Positions 33,931-44,729 of a DNA stretch of 64,000 bases are shown in pieces. The stretch comes from an uncultured Parachlamydiaceae bacterium. GTDB taxonomy: Bacteria; Chlamydiota; Chlamydiia; Chlamydiales; Parachlamydiaceae. The position numbers and the translations under genes were made by a program. The notes under the pieces are model-generated. The model did not search any database. It saw nothing but the letters and a program-made list of their open reading frames with translations, and had not been told where the DNA came from. How positions within the stretch are numbered: the first letter of the stretch is position 1; each line of letters starts with the position of its first letter. Location of the stretch: contig CAVVXH010000008.1 of assembly GCA_963752155.1 (NCBI GenBank), positions 1-64,000 on the forward strand. Direction: 5' to 3'.

Positions 33931-34374
33931 TTATTTTTTCTCCTTTAAAAATTTTGCATATTTTTTGATAAGAATTTTCAATTCTTTTTCTAAGAAAGCG
34001 CAGTAATTGGCCATTTCTTTAAGCTGCACTAAGCTTTCCATCGCTTTAGGAGGGATTTCTTCGATGATAGAACGTAATTTTTTAACATCCTGTACTTTTT
34101 GATGAAGATTTAGGTTCCAAATATCTTTTTTTAATTGATAGAAATCTGCGCGTTCTTCAGGGAGTAAAACCTTCTCGATGACCCCTAATGTCAAAAGCCT
34201 CCTTAGTTCTACACTTGCAGTGCTTTTACTAATTTGTAACTTCTCGACCAACAGTCCCATTGAAATAGGTTTGGTAGCAGTCACAAAAAATCCAAACATA
34301 CGACCATAAGTTTTGCTAAGTCCTACTCCATCAAAATAAATCCCAAATTTATCTAAAACTTTTTCTAAATCCAC
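33931..34374 (-). CDS. GbsR/MarR-family transcriptional regulator
   Basis: GLSKTYGRM, LQISKSTAS..LR.L, ERADFY; heads an operon with two enzymes. Confidence 0.8.
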   Translation of the reverse strand: MDLEKVLDKFGIYFDGVGLSKTYGRMFGFFVTATKPISMGLLVEKLQISKSTASVELRRLLTLGVIEKVLLPEERADFYQLKKDIWNLNLHQKVQDVKKLRSIIEEIPPKAMESLVQLKEMANYCAFLEKELKILIKKYAKFLKEKK

Positions 34375-34391
34375 TGTAGTTCCTTAGTTTT

Positions 34392-34422
34392 TTGTTCGGA
34401 CTGTTCGGCCCACACAGAACAA
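34392..34422. promoter_or_regulatory. Possible autoregulatory operator
   Basis: TTGTTCGG..TGTTCGG..CAGAACAA direct and inverted half-sites just upstream of the regulator. Confidence 0.3.
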
Positions 34423-34694
34423 TTTACAACATTTCATGAAATCGGTCTACTGAAATTTTACCTCAATATGATTATGGAATGGTCAAGGCAACTGGTCGCA
34501 TGGATGAATTGCGAGACCCGTTCCGTTTATGTTGCCCTACCGAGTGATGCGCATAAACCTGTGATTCCATATCTTCCTAATAGGATGTAATATCGAATTG
34601 AAGTCTTTTTGAATATTCTTCGAGTTTAGCAGTAAGGATTGGCTGAGTATTATTGGATTTTAGAGTATAATGAGTAAGTTCATAACGATAATCG

Positions 34695-36647
34695 ATGCAA
34701 GTGAAGGTGACTCTTAGGATGAGAAATATTATGATAAACTACACAAGACTTCTGATTGCTGTACTTATTTTAGCTTTGTTTGGAGTCGCATGTTCTTCGC
34801 AAAACATTTCTAACAGTAAAGCGCCTGCTCAGTCAATCGAAGAGTTGCAAATACAACTTGAAAATATACTTAAAGAAATGCAGGTACCAGGCATGGCTGT
34901 TGCAATTGTAAATCGAAATGGCCCCGAATGGATATCTGGCTTGGGCAAAGCTGATTTAGCCAATGATCGACCTGTAAACGCATCAACTCTATTCCGTATA
35001 GGGTCGGTGTCTAAGAGCTTCATCTCCCTTGCTGTCCTTAAGCTAGTTTATGAAGGCAAACTTTCACTTGAAGATCCTGTGCAAGAACTCGTACCAGAAG
35101 TTTGGTTTGGCAATAAGTGGGAGGCGAGCGAGCCAATACGTATAGTCCATCTCTTGGAAAACACTACCGGTTGGGATGACATGCATTTGCGTGAGTTTGC
35201 CAAAGACCCTTTAACAATGTCCTCTTTTGAGACGCTTGATTATGACCACAGCTCTCGAATCTCCCGCTGGTGTCCTGGTACACGCATGTCTTATTGTAAC
35301 TCCGGACCAGCCGTTGCAGCTTATATAGTGGAAAAGATTACTGGCAAGAATTTCGAAGAATATATCGAGCAGAGTTTTTTCAAGCTTATTGGAATGCAGA
35401 CAGCGACATACTTTCAACCGATTTCGGAATTAGCTACAGTACTTTATCATAGCGACGGAAAAATGCCCCTCCCTTACTGGAACTTACTTTACCGTCCTAT
35501 CGGCTCTATCAATGTTAGCGCCAATGACATGGCGAATTATCTTCTGTTTTATCTTAATCGCGGCAAGATACATGGCACACAAGTTATACCAGCCACTATT
35601 TTTAATCGGATGGAAGTTCCTACTAGCACTTGGGCTGCCAAAGAAGGATTGCAGGCGGGATATGGTTTAAGTAATTATTGTACCACCTACGATGGTTTTC
35701 TGTATCATGGGCATGATGGGAATGTTCCAGGGGGACTTACTGCCATGGCATACATGCCTAAAGAAGGCATTGGTTATTTTTATAGCCTTAACTCTGGCAA
35801 TCGAGAGGCTTTTAAGAACGTCGGAACGGTCATTCGTGCATATGTCACACGTCAATTAGAAAAACCATCTCTTCCCTCAGCGTTTTCTCTTTCTGAGACA
35901 ACCTATGCATATAGCGGTTGGTATGAGCCCAATTCGTCTCGCATGGAATTTTTTTCTTTTCTAGAACGTTTGATTGGCATGTCTTATATTCATTTTAAAG
36001 ACAACACGCTCCTTGTTGATTCTCTTAGCGAAAGAAATGCAATATTTCTTCCTGTCACTGATACTCAGTTTCGTTATGTGCCTTTAAATGAATCTCAAGA
36101 TGTAGAACCGATACTTAAGTTGCTTAAGCCGAACCTTGAAGGGCAATTTATCCAAATTAACTGGGGGCTAAGAAACGCATTCTTAGATGTTACTCTGAAA
36201 CGTATCCCTACATGGCTTGCAATCTTTGAGATTATCACTGCTGGATTTGTTTTACTAGCTCTTACCTCAACTCTTCTTTTTGCGCCCTTTTGGATTTTTC
36301 AAATTCTGAGTAAAAAGCATCGCTATCTTGCTGAACGTAGCATATTGTTATGGCCACTGATCGCAGTATTGAGCCTGTTAAGTATTGTTGTCGTATGCAT
36401 GTTGTCTAATATGGATGTTGCTATCGAGCGTCTGGGAAATTTGACCATTTGGTCTTTTGCCTTATTTTTAGCAACCATCGTTTTTTGTGCAGCATCAATT
36501 GCAAGCGTTATCGCTTTGTGGCGAACTCCTAAACATGAAGTTCGTGGGATTGTCCACTTATATTCGACAATGCTTTCTATTGCTCTAGTGATAACTACAG
36601 TTTATTTTGCATACTGGGGCATTATTGGTTTACGTACTTGGGCATGA
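34695..36647 (+). CDS. Serine hydrolase (beta-lactamase fold) with lipobox and C-terminal TM helices
   Basis: FGVAC lipobox, GSVSK (SxxK), YCN, HDG motifs. Confidence 0.85.
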   Translation: MQVKVTLRMRNIMINYTRLLIAVLILALFGVACSSQNISNSKAPAQSIEELQIQLENILKEMQVPGMAVAIVNRNGPEWISGLGKADLANDRPVNASTLFRIGSVSKSFISLAVLKLVYEGKLSLEDPVQELVPEVWFGNKWEASEPIRIVHLLENTTGWDDMHLREFAKDPLTMSSFETLDYDHSSRISRWCPGTRMSYCNSGPAVAAYIVEKITGKNFEEYIEQSFFKLIGMQTATYFQPISELATVLYHSDGKMPLPYWNLLYRPIGSINVSANDMANYLLFYLNRGKIHGTQVIPATIFNRMEVPTSTWAAKEGLQAGYGLSNYCTTYDGFLYHGHDGNVPGGLTAMAYMPKEGIGYFYSLNSGNREAFKNVGTVIRAYVTRQLEKPSLPSAFSLSETTYAYSGWYEPNSSRMEFFSFLERLIGMSYIHFKDNTLLVDSLSERNAIFLPVTDTQFRYVPLNESQDVEPILKLLKPNLEGQFIQINWGLRNAFLDVTLKRIPTWLAIFEIITAGFVLLALTSTLLFAPFWIFQILSKKHRYLAERSILLWPLIAVLSLLSIVVVCMLSNMDVAIERLGNLTIWSFALFLATIVFCAASIASVIALWRTPKHEVRGIVHLYSTMLSIALVITTVYFAYWGIIGLRTWA

Positions 36648-36707
36648 GCTCAACTGTATGTTGGCCGATTTTCAGAAAGGCTGATTCTAAAACAATGTCG
36701 AAACCAA
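36644..36707 (-). pseudogene. Crumb of a paralog of phosphoesterase 43710-44267
   Basis: GFDIVLESAFLKIGQHTVEL vs GFNIVLESAFLKIGRHLVEL at 43924-43987. Confidence 0.8.
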
Positions 36708-36744
36708 ATAAGCCAAAAAGTAAAAATCAGCAATACTTTACTAA

Positions 36745-37163
36745 TGAGGATTGGCTTCCTCAAATTAGTGAATGGAAAGGATTGAAAACTGCTATAGAAG
36801 TTACTTCAGAAAGGATCATCAATTGGAAGATTCAGTCGTGCACTCAATATTATATCTGTAGTCGAATAGCTTCGGCCAAACAATTTGCGAAATGGATAAG
36901 GGGGCAGTGGTCGATAGAAAATAATCTTCATTGGGTGGCAGATGTTGTATTTCGGGAAGATGATGCCACAAATAGAGTAGGGCATTCAACAGAAAATCTA
37001 ACTCTTGTTAGAAGACTTGTGATGAACATGGTCAACTTATTTGACCCATCTGTAGGATTAGCTGCAGCTAGACGATTTGCAACACATGAACCCGATTATT
37101 TGAAAGGAATGTTGATTAAAGTTTTTAGAAAAAATGTCAAATCTTTTTAGTGGGAACGCCCTG
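36745..37163 (+). mobile_element. ISAs1-family transposase 3' remnant with right end
   Basis: YYICS, IRGQWSIENNLHWVADVVFRED; ends GCCCTG after the stop. Confidence 0.85.
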
Positions 37164-37257
37164 CTCCGAATGATTTTAAAAGAGAAGATATTATTTTGCA
37201 TTATTTAAAACAAATCGATGGGTTTGTATTACAAAAGTCTATATAGCAGACATTCTC

Positions 37258-37275
37258 CAATGTCATTAAGTTAAG
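37258..37275. mobile_element. Solo IS4-like terminal repeat
   Basis: CAATGTCATTAAGTTAAG resembles the IS4 end TAATGCCGATCAGTTAAG. Confidence 0.35.
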
Positions 37276-37620
37276 GAATGGAAAACCGTAGAACCGCCGA
37301 GAGCGCCAAGGAAAAGCAAGTGGGATCATAACCTCAAAAAAAATTGAACAGAAACTGTAGCTCTCAACTTCAAAAAAGTAATGTTCTTAAAGCCGTTGTC
37401 TTTTTGTCTTTTTGTGACCAAAATCTATATTATTAATATATCTGGGTATGGTAATATAAAAAAGATGAACCCTTAGGTGTTCCCTTAAATAATGAGCTGC
37501 TCTGCGTTTGTTATAAAAAGAAAATTTTATATGGGGACAACCATTCACCGCACTAACCTCCTAAGTTATTGTTTTTCAAAATCACAATAGGAAATTTTTT
37601 ATTTAAACCGGAGAAATATT

Positions 37621-38457
37621 ATGAATACAGAATTTAGACAAATTGATTCTTTATTGCATCTAAATGAGCACTTAGAAAATAAAGAACTTAATGGAAACTC
37701 TTATAAAGTTTTACTTCTTGATTTTGACCAAACTCTTGTTACAGCTACTCGATATTTTGGATCCGAAAGTTGGTATTATTTTATGCAAAACCAAATCGAC
37801 AAAGATAAAAAATTTGCTATCAATACTCACTATAGATGGTCTGTAAAGGTTCGTAAAAAAAACCCATATATTTCCTGTGAACCTAGCGGGGAAATTACTG
37901 ATCTCATAAATAAATTTAGATTAAGTGGCTGGAAGGTTCTCATACTTACGGCTCGAAAGACAGATATGTTAAACGTAACTTTGCAACATATTAAAGATGC
38001 TGGTTTGCCTTTTAATGATGCAGATATTCTTTTTATTAAACCCTTTCCTGGAACAAAAGCAGAACGTTTTAAAGAATGGTTTGAATCTCAAAATGATGCA
38101 AAATCAATAACAAACTTAACTATACTTTTTGCTGATGATGCATTGAAACATTGCAATGATATGCTTACTTTGAGTAAAACCATTGACAACAGTATTAAAG
38201 TAAAAATTGATTGTTTCCATTATTCTAAAGCCATTCCTAATGCCAATATTACTCCTAGACAACTTGACGTCCTTGCTGTCCAATTAGGTGCTTTCATTAA
38301 TAAATCACTCCTTCCCTTAGATGATGACATTAGTAATGATGATGTTCAGAAAGCCAAGAAAATTTTAAATATGGATGATATAACTGCTGAAATTTTATTT
38401 AATAAAATGGCAGAAATCGTAGAGAAAAACCCAAAATATTATTTTCAAAAGATTTAA
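37621..38457 (+). CDS. HAD-superfamily protein, DUF2608-like
   Basis: LLDFDQTLV, LTAR, K, LFADD motifs; GGAG RBS. Confidence 0.7.
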   Translation: MNTEFRQIDSLLHLNEHLENKELNGNSYKVLLLDFDQTLVTATRYFGSESWYYFMQNQIDKDKKFAINTHYRWSVKVRKKNPYISCEPSGEITDLINKFRLSGWKVLILTARKTDMLNVTLQHIKDAGLPFNDADILFIKPFPGTKAERFKEWFESQNDAKSITNLTILFADDALKHCNDMLTLSKTIDNSIKVKIDCFHYSKAIPNANITPRQLDVLAVQLGAFINKSLLPLDDDISNDDVQKAKKILNMDDITAEILFNKMAEIVEKNPKYYFQKI

Positions 38458-38466
38458 CCTAAATTC

Positions 38467-38503
38467 AATACAAGAGAGGAATAAGCCTCTCTCTTGTATT
38501 TTT
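38467..38503 (+). terminator. Rho-independent terminator
   Basis: AATACAAGAGAG..CTCTCTTGTATT plus T-run, 10 bp after the stop. Confidence 0.7.
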
Positions 38504-38655
38504 GTAACTTGCCCGGAATTCTTGAGACATTATTGTTTACAAATAATTCAGATTTATGTTATGACTTTACTAGTTCGCGAGATTGGCCAATCAAAATCCA
38601 ACGGGATTTTGCGGTCATAGAATTTTTCATAAAAACTCTAACTGCAAGGAATAAA

Positions 38656-39114
38656 ATGAATGGATTCATTACTGCAGATTTGTCTTCATTAGGACATACA
38701 ATTGCTTATGTTGATGGTAGTAAATGCAACAATAAAACTAAGATTGAAAATCGTTTAGAAACTCAATTGAGAAGGGCAAAAACTGAAGAATGTGGCTTTC
38801 AATGGAATGGGAGAAATATTAAAGAAGTCATTATTTCCAATATGATCATTTATGACCGTGTGGATATGGCATGTTTACAATGGTTTATAAATGCAGCAAT
38901 AAAAATTGATTTATCTAAGTCCTACGTATCTTCAGAAATCCTGAATGAACTTAATGAAATATGTCAGATGTCAATCGATGTGAACTGGAAAGTTCCAGAA
39001 GGTTCCTCTATTAGGATTCCAAAACTCACCGGTTATAGCGGTATGGCAATAACAGATAAAACTGAAAATCTTTGCGAACGGATTGGATTTAAGGTTTTCT
39101 TAGGTGGTTTATGA
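38656..39114 (+). CDS. Hypothetical protein (152 aa)
   Basis: AAGGA RBS before ATG 38656; its TGA overlaps the upp ATG. Confidence 0.6.
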   Translation: MNGFITADLSSLGHTIAYVDGSKCNNKTKIENRLETQLRRAKTEECGFQWNGRNIKEVIISNMIIYDRVDMACLQWFINAAIKIDLSKSYVSSEILNELNEICQMSIDVNWKVPEGSSIRIPKLTGYSGMAITDKTENLCERIGFKVFLGGL

Positions 39115-39722
39115 AAAAAACATTGATTACTATATTACGCAATCGAATACCTCTGCTGAACAATATCGACAAGCTGCTGATCAACTTGGAACAGTATTAG
39201 CCGTAGAATGTGACGTTCTCTTTCCTAAAGCTACGGTGTTTGTTGATACCCCTCTAGCACATACTCACGGCGTATGCTTTAAACATGAGTCCGTCTTAGT
39301 TCCTATTTTAAGATCAGGCCTTGTTCTTTTGCCGCCATTTATGCGTTTCCACCCAGGAGCAAGCCATAGGTTTCATTGGCACTCGCCGGGATGAAAAAAC
39401 CGCAATCACAGAACTCTACTACACAAAATTGCCGCCATTTAATCATGACAATCCTATCCTCCTGTTAGATCCTATGATTGCCACTGGAGGGAGTGCCGCA
39501 CTGGCAGTCAAAGTTTTGAAAGCAGCTGGTGCGGTAGAAAAACAGATCACTTTGATTGCATTTATAGCTTCTCAGGATGGTATTAATCGCTTCCAAAAAG
39601 AATGCCCAGATGTCGGCTTAGTCATTGCGCAAGTCGATGAAGGACTTGATGAGCAAAAACGCATCATCCCTGGTCTAGGAGACTTTGGTGATCGTTATTT
39701 TGGCACAAACAATAAAATGTAG
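39111..39722 (+). CDS. upp: Uracil phosphoribosyltransferase, two frameshifts
   Basis: MKKTLITILRN, VPILRSG, RRDE, LLDPMIATGGS, IIPGLGDFGDRYFG. Confidence 0.9.
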
Positions 39723-39730
39723 TTTTGAAT

Positions 39731-39894
39731 TATAGATCTTTTCACATGACTTCGTAACAAAATTCTAGCAGATTTTGACATAGATTGCAGATGAAGAAAA
39801 CGTGACATACATGGGTGTAGGCGCGTTTTCTTCATCTGCAAGATATGTCAAAAGATGCAGAATTTTGTTACGAAGTCATGTGAAAAGATCTATA
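39731..39894. mobile_element. 164-bp TA-flanked palindromic element (Correia/ERIC/RPE-like architecture)
   Basis: TATAG...CTATA ends, 36-bp perfect terminal arms, two GA/GA internal loops. Confidence 0.75.
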
Positions 39895-39896
39895 GC

Positions 39897-42311
39897 CTAT
39901 CCTCGTTGCTTTTTTTCGTGTTTAGTAATAATAACAAGCGTCTTTATCACCGCGTCAGGACTTAAACTGATGCTATCAATTCCACAATCCACTAGAAATT
40001 TGGCAAATTCCGGATAAGTCGATGGGGCATCGCCACAAATTCCAATCTTGCGCTTGCGCTTTTTGGCCACACTGATGACATGTTCTATCATCCGAGTGAC
40101 AGCTTCATTTCGTTCATCAAAAATGTCCGCTACTAATTCGCTGTCGCGATCGACTCCTAGAGTCATTTGTGTCAAATCATTGCTTCCAATACTAAAGCCA
40201 TCAAAAATATCACAGAATTTATCGATTAAGACGACATTACTAGGAATCTCGCACATAACATAGACTTCTAACCCATCTTTACCTTGCACAAGGCCATTTT
40301 CTTTCATTACCTTTAAGACTTTTTTGCCCTCTTCAATGGTTCGGCACACAGGGATCATAACCTTCAAATTGACAAGGCCAAATTCTTCTCTAACTTTTTT
40401 AATTGCTTTACATTCCAATGCAAAGCCCTCCTTATAACCGGGACTATAGTACCTGGAGGCCCCACGCCAACCGATCATGGGATTCTCTTCTTTCGGTTCG
40501 AAATACTCTCCACCAATCAGATTTACATATTCATTTGTTTTGAAATCACTGAAACGCAAAATCACATCGCGAAGGTAAAATGCAGCAGCAATGATCGCAA
40601 CACCCATGGAAAGCTTATCGACAAAATATTGTTTTTTATCAGTGTAACCAGCGGTCAATTCATTAATTTTACGCTGTGTTTTCGTGTCTTTAACTTCTTC
40701 AAATTTTACTAGTGCCATTGGATGGATACGGATATATTCAGTAACTATAAATTCTTCACGTGCTAATCCGACTCCATCGTTTGGTAAAAAACTTAATTCG
40801 TAGGCTTTATCAGGATAACCAACATTGATCATTATTTTCGTTTTCGGCTTCGGAACCTTTTGCACATTAATCCTTTCAACCTTGTATTTGAGTAAACCAT
40901 CGTATACTAACCCCTTTTCCCCTTCAGCACAGCTAACAGTAATGTTTTTCCCTGTTTCGATTAATTGAGTAGCATGATTAGTTCCCACAATGCATGGTAG
41001 GCCTAGTTCACGGCTTACAATGGCCGCATGCGATGTCCTTCCTCCTCGGTCTGTCACAATGGCTGAGGCGATGCGCATGATCGGCACCCAATCGGGATCT
41101 GTAATCTCTGTGACTAATATTTCGCCGGCCTTAAATTGTGCAATATCTTTGGCGTCCTTGATAACTCGAGCAGAACCTTGCGCGATCTTACTTCCTACAC
41201 TTTTGCCTTGTACAAGTACCTTGCCTTTTTGAAGTAATCTATATTCTTCAATGATATTTCGATTTCGTTGCGATTGCACCGTTTCAGGACGAGCTTGCAC
41301 AATAAATAGTTCTTGCGTTTGACCGTCTTTTGCCCATTCTAAATCCATTGGAGTCCATCTACCATATTTCGAGCTGTAGTGGTCTTCGACTGCTATGGCC
41401 CACTTAGCGAGTTGCAATGCTTCGGCTTCAGTTAAACAAAACTTTTTTCTATCCTCTTTTGATGTATTGACCTTCTTGACTGGATGTAGCGCATTTTTTG
41501 TATAGACTATCTTGGTTGCTTTTTCGCCAAGACGCTTATCAATCAAAGGTTTGTAACCTTGCTTGAGCGTAGGTTTAAAGACATAAAACTCATCAGGATT
41601 AACCGCTCCCTGGACTAGACTTTCCCCAAGGCCATAACTTCCAGTAATGAAAACGACATCCGGAAAACCGGTCTCCGTATCTAGAGTAAAAATAACACCT
41701 GCAGAAGCTAAATCTGAACGGACCATTTTTTGGACGCCGATAGATAAATAGACTTTGAAATGATCAAACTTGTTCTCATGACGATAGACAATAGCACGAC
41801 TCGTGAACAATGAGGCAAAGCAGCTTTTACATGCATCTAGCAACTGCTGTAGCCCACATATATTGAGAAAAGACTGCTGTTGTCCAGCAAAACTAGCACT
41901 TGGTAAATCTTCCGCAGTAGCTGAAGAACGAACAGCAACATCTGCATTCTCTACCTTGCATAATCAAGATAGTTTGTGGTAGGCATTGGCAATGGCATCT
42001 TGCAATTCGGTAGGAAGCTCACAACCCATGATCAGCTTTCGGGTTTTTTCTCCTGCTTTTTCCAAAGCTTGGGAATCGTGTACATTCAATCCATGTAAAA
42101 CAGCTTTTAGATCGTTGAGAACACCAGCCTTTTCGAGAATATATTTATAGGCATAAGCAGTAATTGCAAATCCTTGAGGAATCTTGACTTTTGTGTTCTT
42201 GCGCATCTCACCTAGCGAAGCATTTTTTCCACCAACTAGTGAAATATCTTCAATGCTAATCTCGTCAAACCAAAGTATGAAAGACTTTTCACGTTCCTTT
42301 TCCTTTTTCAT
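39897..42311 (-). pseudogene. ppsA: Phosphoenolpyruvate synthase with in-frame TGA at 41964-41966
   Basis: VGGKNASLGEM, then after the stop and in the same frame AVRSSATAED, GGRTSHAAIVSRE, FSIGSNDLTQ. Confidence 0.88.
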
Positions 42312-43159
42312 GATAGTTCCCCGTGTTTTGCTTTTGAGATAATAATACTCCATTCTCTTTCTAAGTTAACTCGGTCATCGGGATGAGCAATACTAATAAG
42401 AGCTGCCGCCCGCTCTTTTAAAGTCCTTCCGAAGAGATCGACAACGCCATATTCAGTAATGACATAATGCACATGAGCTCGAGTTGTTACAACACCTGCA
42501 CCAAGCTTTAATTGCGAAACGATTCGAGGGGCGCCCTTATATGTTCGCGCTGTCAATGCAATAATGGGTTTTCCACCTTTTGAAAGCGCTGCTCCGCACA
42601 TAAAGTCAAGTTGGCCACCAGCTCCTGAAATGATTCTACTTCCTACAGAGTCTGCACAAACTTGGCCTGTTAAATCTACCTCAATAGCTGAGTTAATTGC
42701 AGTCGTCTTCGGATTTTGAGCGATCACACTCGGACGATTAACGAAACCTATATCTAATTGGACCACTGAGGGATTGTCATTGATAAAGTCATAGACCCTC
42801 TGTGTTCCTGTTACAAACCCTGATACCGTTCTACCTGGATAAATGACTTTTTTTGAATTATCTACAACACCAGACTCGATTAAAGCAAGCGCTCCATCAG
42901 ACCACATTTCTGAATGAATGCCTAAATGCTTGTGGTTGATGAGAGAAGCTAGAATGGCATCCGGAACAGCGCCGATTCCAATCTGCAAAGTTGCTTCATC
43001 TTCAATCAGATTAATGAGTTCAGTATTTGTTAAACGTTCAGCTTGAATAAAAAGAGCTGTCAGCAGAGCATGTGGCGTGGCAGCAGCACCATGCACAAAC
43101 ACACGTTGACCTGCGCGAATCACTTCAATTGCTTTTTCAGCCGAGCTCATTTTTTGCAT
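42308..43159 (-). pseudogene. Acetyl-CoA hydrolase/transferase with large in-frame internal deletion
   Basis: N-terminal VFVHGAAATP joined near 43012 to LIEDEATLQIGIG; HSEM, GGQLDF; only 283 aa. Confidence 0.75.
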
Positions 43160-43536
43160 TAAGAAAATCCTCCTTTCTCCTTTTCTCTTTGGAAAATTTT
43201 CTTTTTAATTTTTTCTATCTCTTGTTCTTCCATTTCTTCAATGGCAATCAATTCATTTGTAGCTTCTTTAGTTACTCGTATGAGTTCATCTATTTTTAAA
43301 TGAAGTGCTTTACTTTCTCTGTTTTGTGTATTTTGAATGATAAAAACCATTAAAGCCGCATTGAGTGTTGCAATCGTATTAAGAATTAACATCCATGTGT
43401 TATTAAAGCCCAAAAAAAATCCAATGATTAACCACATAGCCACCACAAAGAGCGCCAGCACGAAAGTTATAGGGCTACCCGCCTTTTTAGCTGACCACGA
43501 TAAAAACTTTGAAAGAGGTGGTATTTTGCGTGCCAT
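43159..43536 (-). CDS. Low-affinity iron permease family protein
   Basis: MVFIIQNTQNRESKALHLKIDELI. Confidence 0.85.
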   Translation of the reverse strand: MARKIPPLSKFLSWSAKKAGSPITFVLALFVVAMWLIIGFFLGFNNTWMLILNTIATLNAALMVFIIQNTQNRESKALHLKIDELIRVTKEATNELIAIEEMEEQEIEKIKKKIFQREKEKGGFS

Positions 43537-43671
43537 AAATAAACTCCTTTATATGGAATCTTATCTCATAGTTTATTTTAATTTGTTATTATTTTTTTGT
43601 TTTCACCAGCGGCATATGGCTCATTATGTTTGGCTTCCAATAGCTCAAAAACGGCAACTGCTGAGAAAAAC

Positions 43672-43707
43672 AAATCACCAAATCATAAATTCTTGATTTG
43701 GTGATTT
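43672..43707 (-). terminator. Rho-independent terminator
   Basis: 14-bp perfect arms AAATCACCAAATCA / TGATTTGGTGATTT, followed by GTTTTT on the minus strand. Confidence 0.7.
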
Positions 43708-43709
43708 AA

Positions 43710-44267
43710 TTAACTTAAAAGATCCTCTTTAGGTACTTCACAACTGGTTTCATTTTTAGATGCTTTATCCAAAAGACTAAGAATAGTTTTTTCAGCGACA
43801 GGTTTATAATCCCAAACCTCAACACATAGATTGAGTTGATTGGATATGATTTTCCTAGGTCTTTTTTCATGGACATGCCCATGCAATTGAAAATGAGCAG
43901 GTTTTTCATTTGAAGGAATATGGATAAGTTCAACTAGATGTCGGCCTATTTTTAAAAAGGCTGATTCTAAAACAATATTGAATCCAACTCGCATCATGTA
44001 GCTTGCATTTCGATCATGATTTCCACGAATGCAGATTTTATGACCATTGAGTTGAGAGCAAATGGAGTGAAGATGATCGACATCACCAAATCCAAAATCT
44101 CCAAGAAAGAAAACTTGATCGTCGGCATCAATGCAATCATTCCAATTATTGATAAGACAGCGATTCATTTCCTCTACATTTTCAAATGGCCTACCTGTAT
44201 ACCTAATGATATTGGTATGTGAAAAATGAGTGTCTGAAATGAACCATTTTTTCATTTTAGTCACCAC
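43710..44267 (-). CDS. Calcineurin-like metallophosphoesterase
   Basis: SDTHF, LGD, GNHD, HGHVH. Confidence 0.9.
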   Translation of the reverse strand: MVTKMKKWFISDTHFSHTNIIRYTGRPFENVEEMNRCLINNWNDCIDADDQVFFLGDFGFGDVDHLHSICSQLNGHKICIRGNHDRNASYMMRVGFNIVLESAFLKIGRHLVELIHIPSNEKPAHFQLHGHVHEKRPRKIISNQLNLCVEVWDYKPVAEKTILSLLDKASKNETSCEVPKEDLLS

Positions 44268-44683
44268 TATTCTATCTCTACAGCAGGGTAATTTTCAGAA
44301 TAGGATTCACCCAAAACGCCATAGTAGATGACGAGGCGCTTTTCAAAGTCTACAACATAACTCACTACACCTGCTTCCCAAGAAGCTTTTAAGAATTCTG
44401 GAAAAGTGCTTTGTCCTGCTTGATCGATCCTTAAGGCTTTTATAAGAGCCTCACGATCAAACGGAGGAATATCAACAGTCGTGTTAACAAGGGGTGTGCC
44501 TTGACTTACAACAGAACCATGCACAGTAAGATAAATACTCTGGCACGAAGGGAGGTTCCAAATATTCCGAGTGATTCCAGCTTTTCTTAAAGCTTCAGCA
44601 AGGTAAGGAAAACCTCCTACTTTGGGACGAATGCTCATAGCGAATTGTTGCGCCTTTAGAAGGTTTTCGACAGCTTTGCTCAT
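44267..44683 (-). CDS. DUF1398 family protein
   Basis: GFPYLAEALRKAG, DQAGQSTFPEFL..SWEAGVVSY. Confidence 0.8.
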   Translation of the reverse strand: MSKAVENLLKAQQFAMSIRPKVGGFPYLAEALRKAGITRNIWNLPSCQSIYLTVHGSVVSQGTPLVNTTVDIPPFDREALIKALRIDQAGQSTFPEFLKASWEAGVVSYVVDFEKRLVIYYGVLGESYSENYPAVEIE

Positions 44684-44729
44684 ATTCTTCTCCTGACTCT
44701 AAAGTTAAGGATAAACTTTTTTTCATCCT

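Noticed and set aside
36638..36744. N-terminus of ORF 36638-37150 as transposase
   Set aside because: Largely the antisense of a phosphoesterase crumb; transposase similarity starts near 36745
38494..38655. TTG-start extension of the hypothetical ORF
   Set aside because: It begins inside a terminator hairpin; RBS plus ATG at 38656 is better
39802..40017. 71-aa ORF (and similarly 13892-14098 and 14214-14399)
   Set aside because: Derived from palindromic elements or overlapping real genes
41964..41966. TGA recoding (alternative genetic code or selenocysteine) in ppsA
   Set aside because: Many genes here end in TGA at family-typical termini, and the position is non-catalytic
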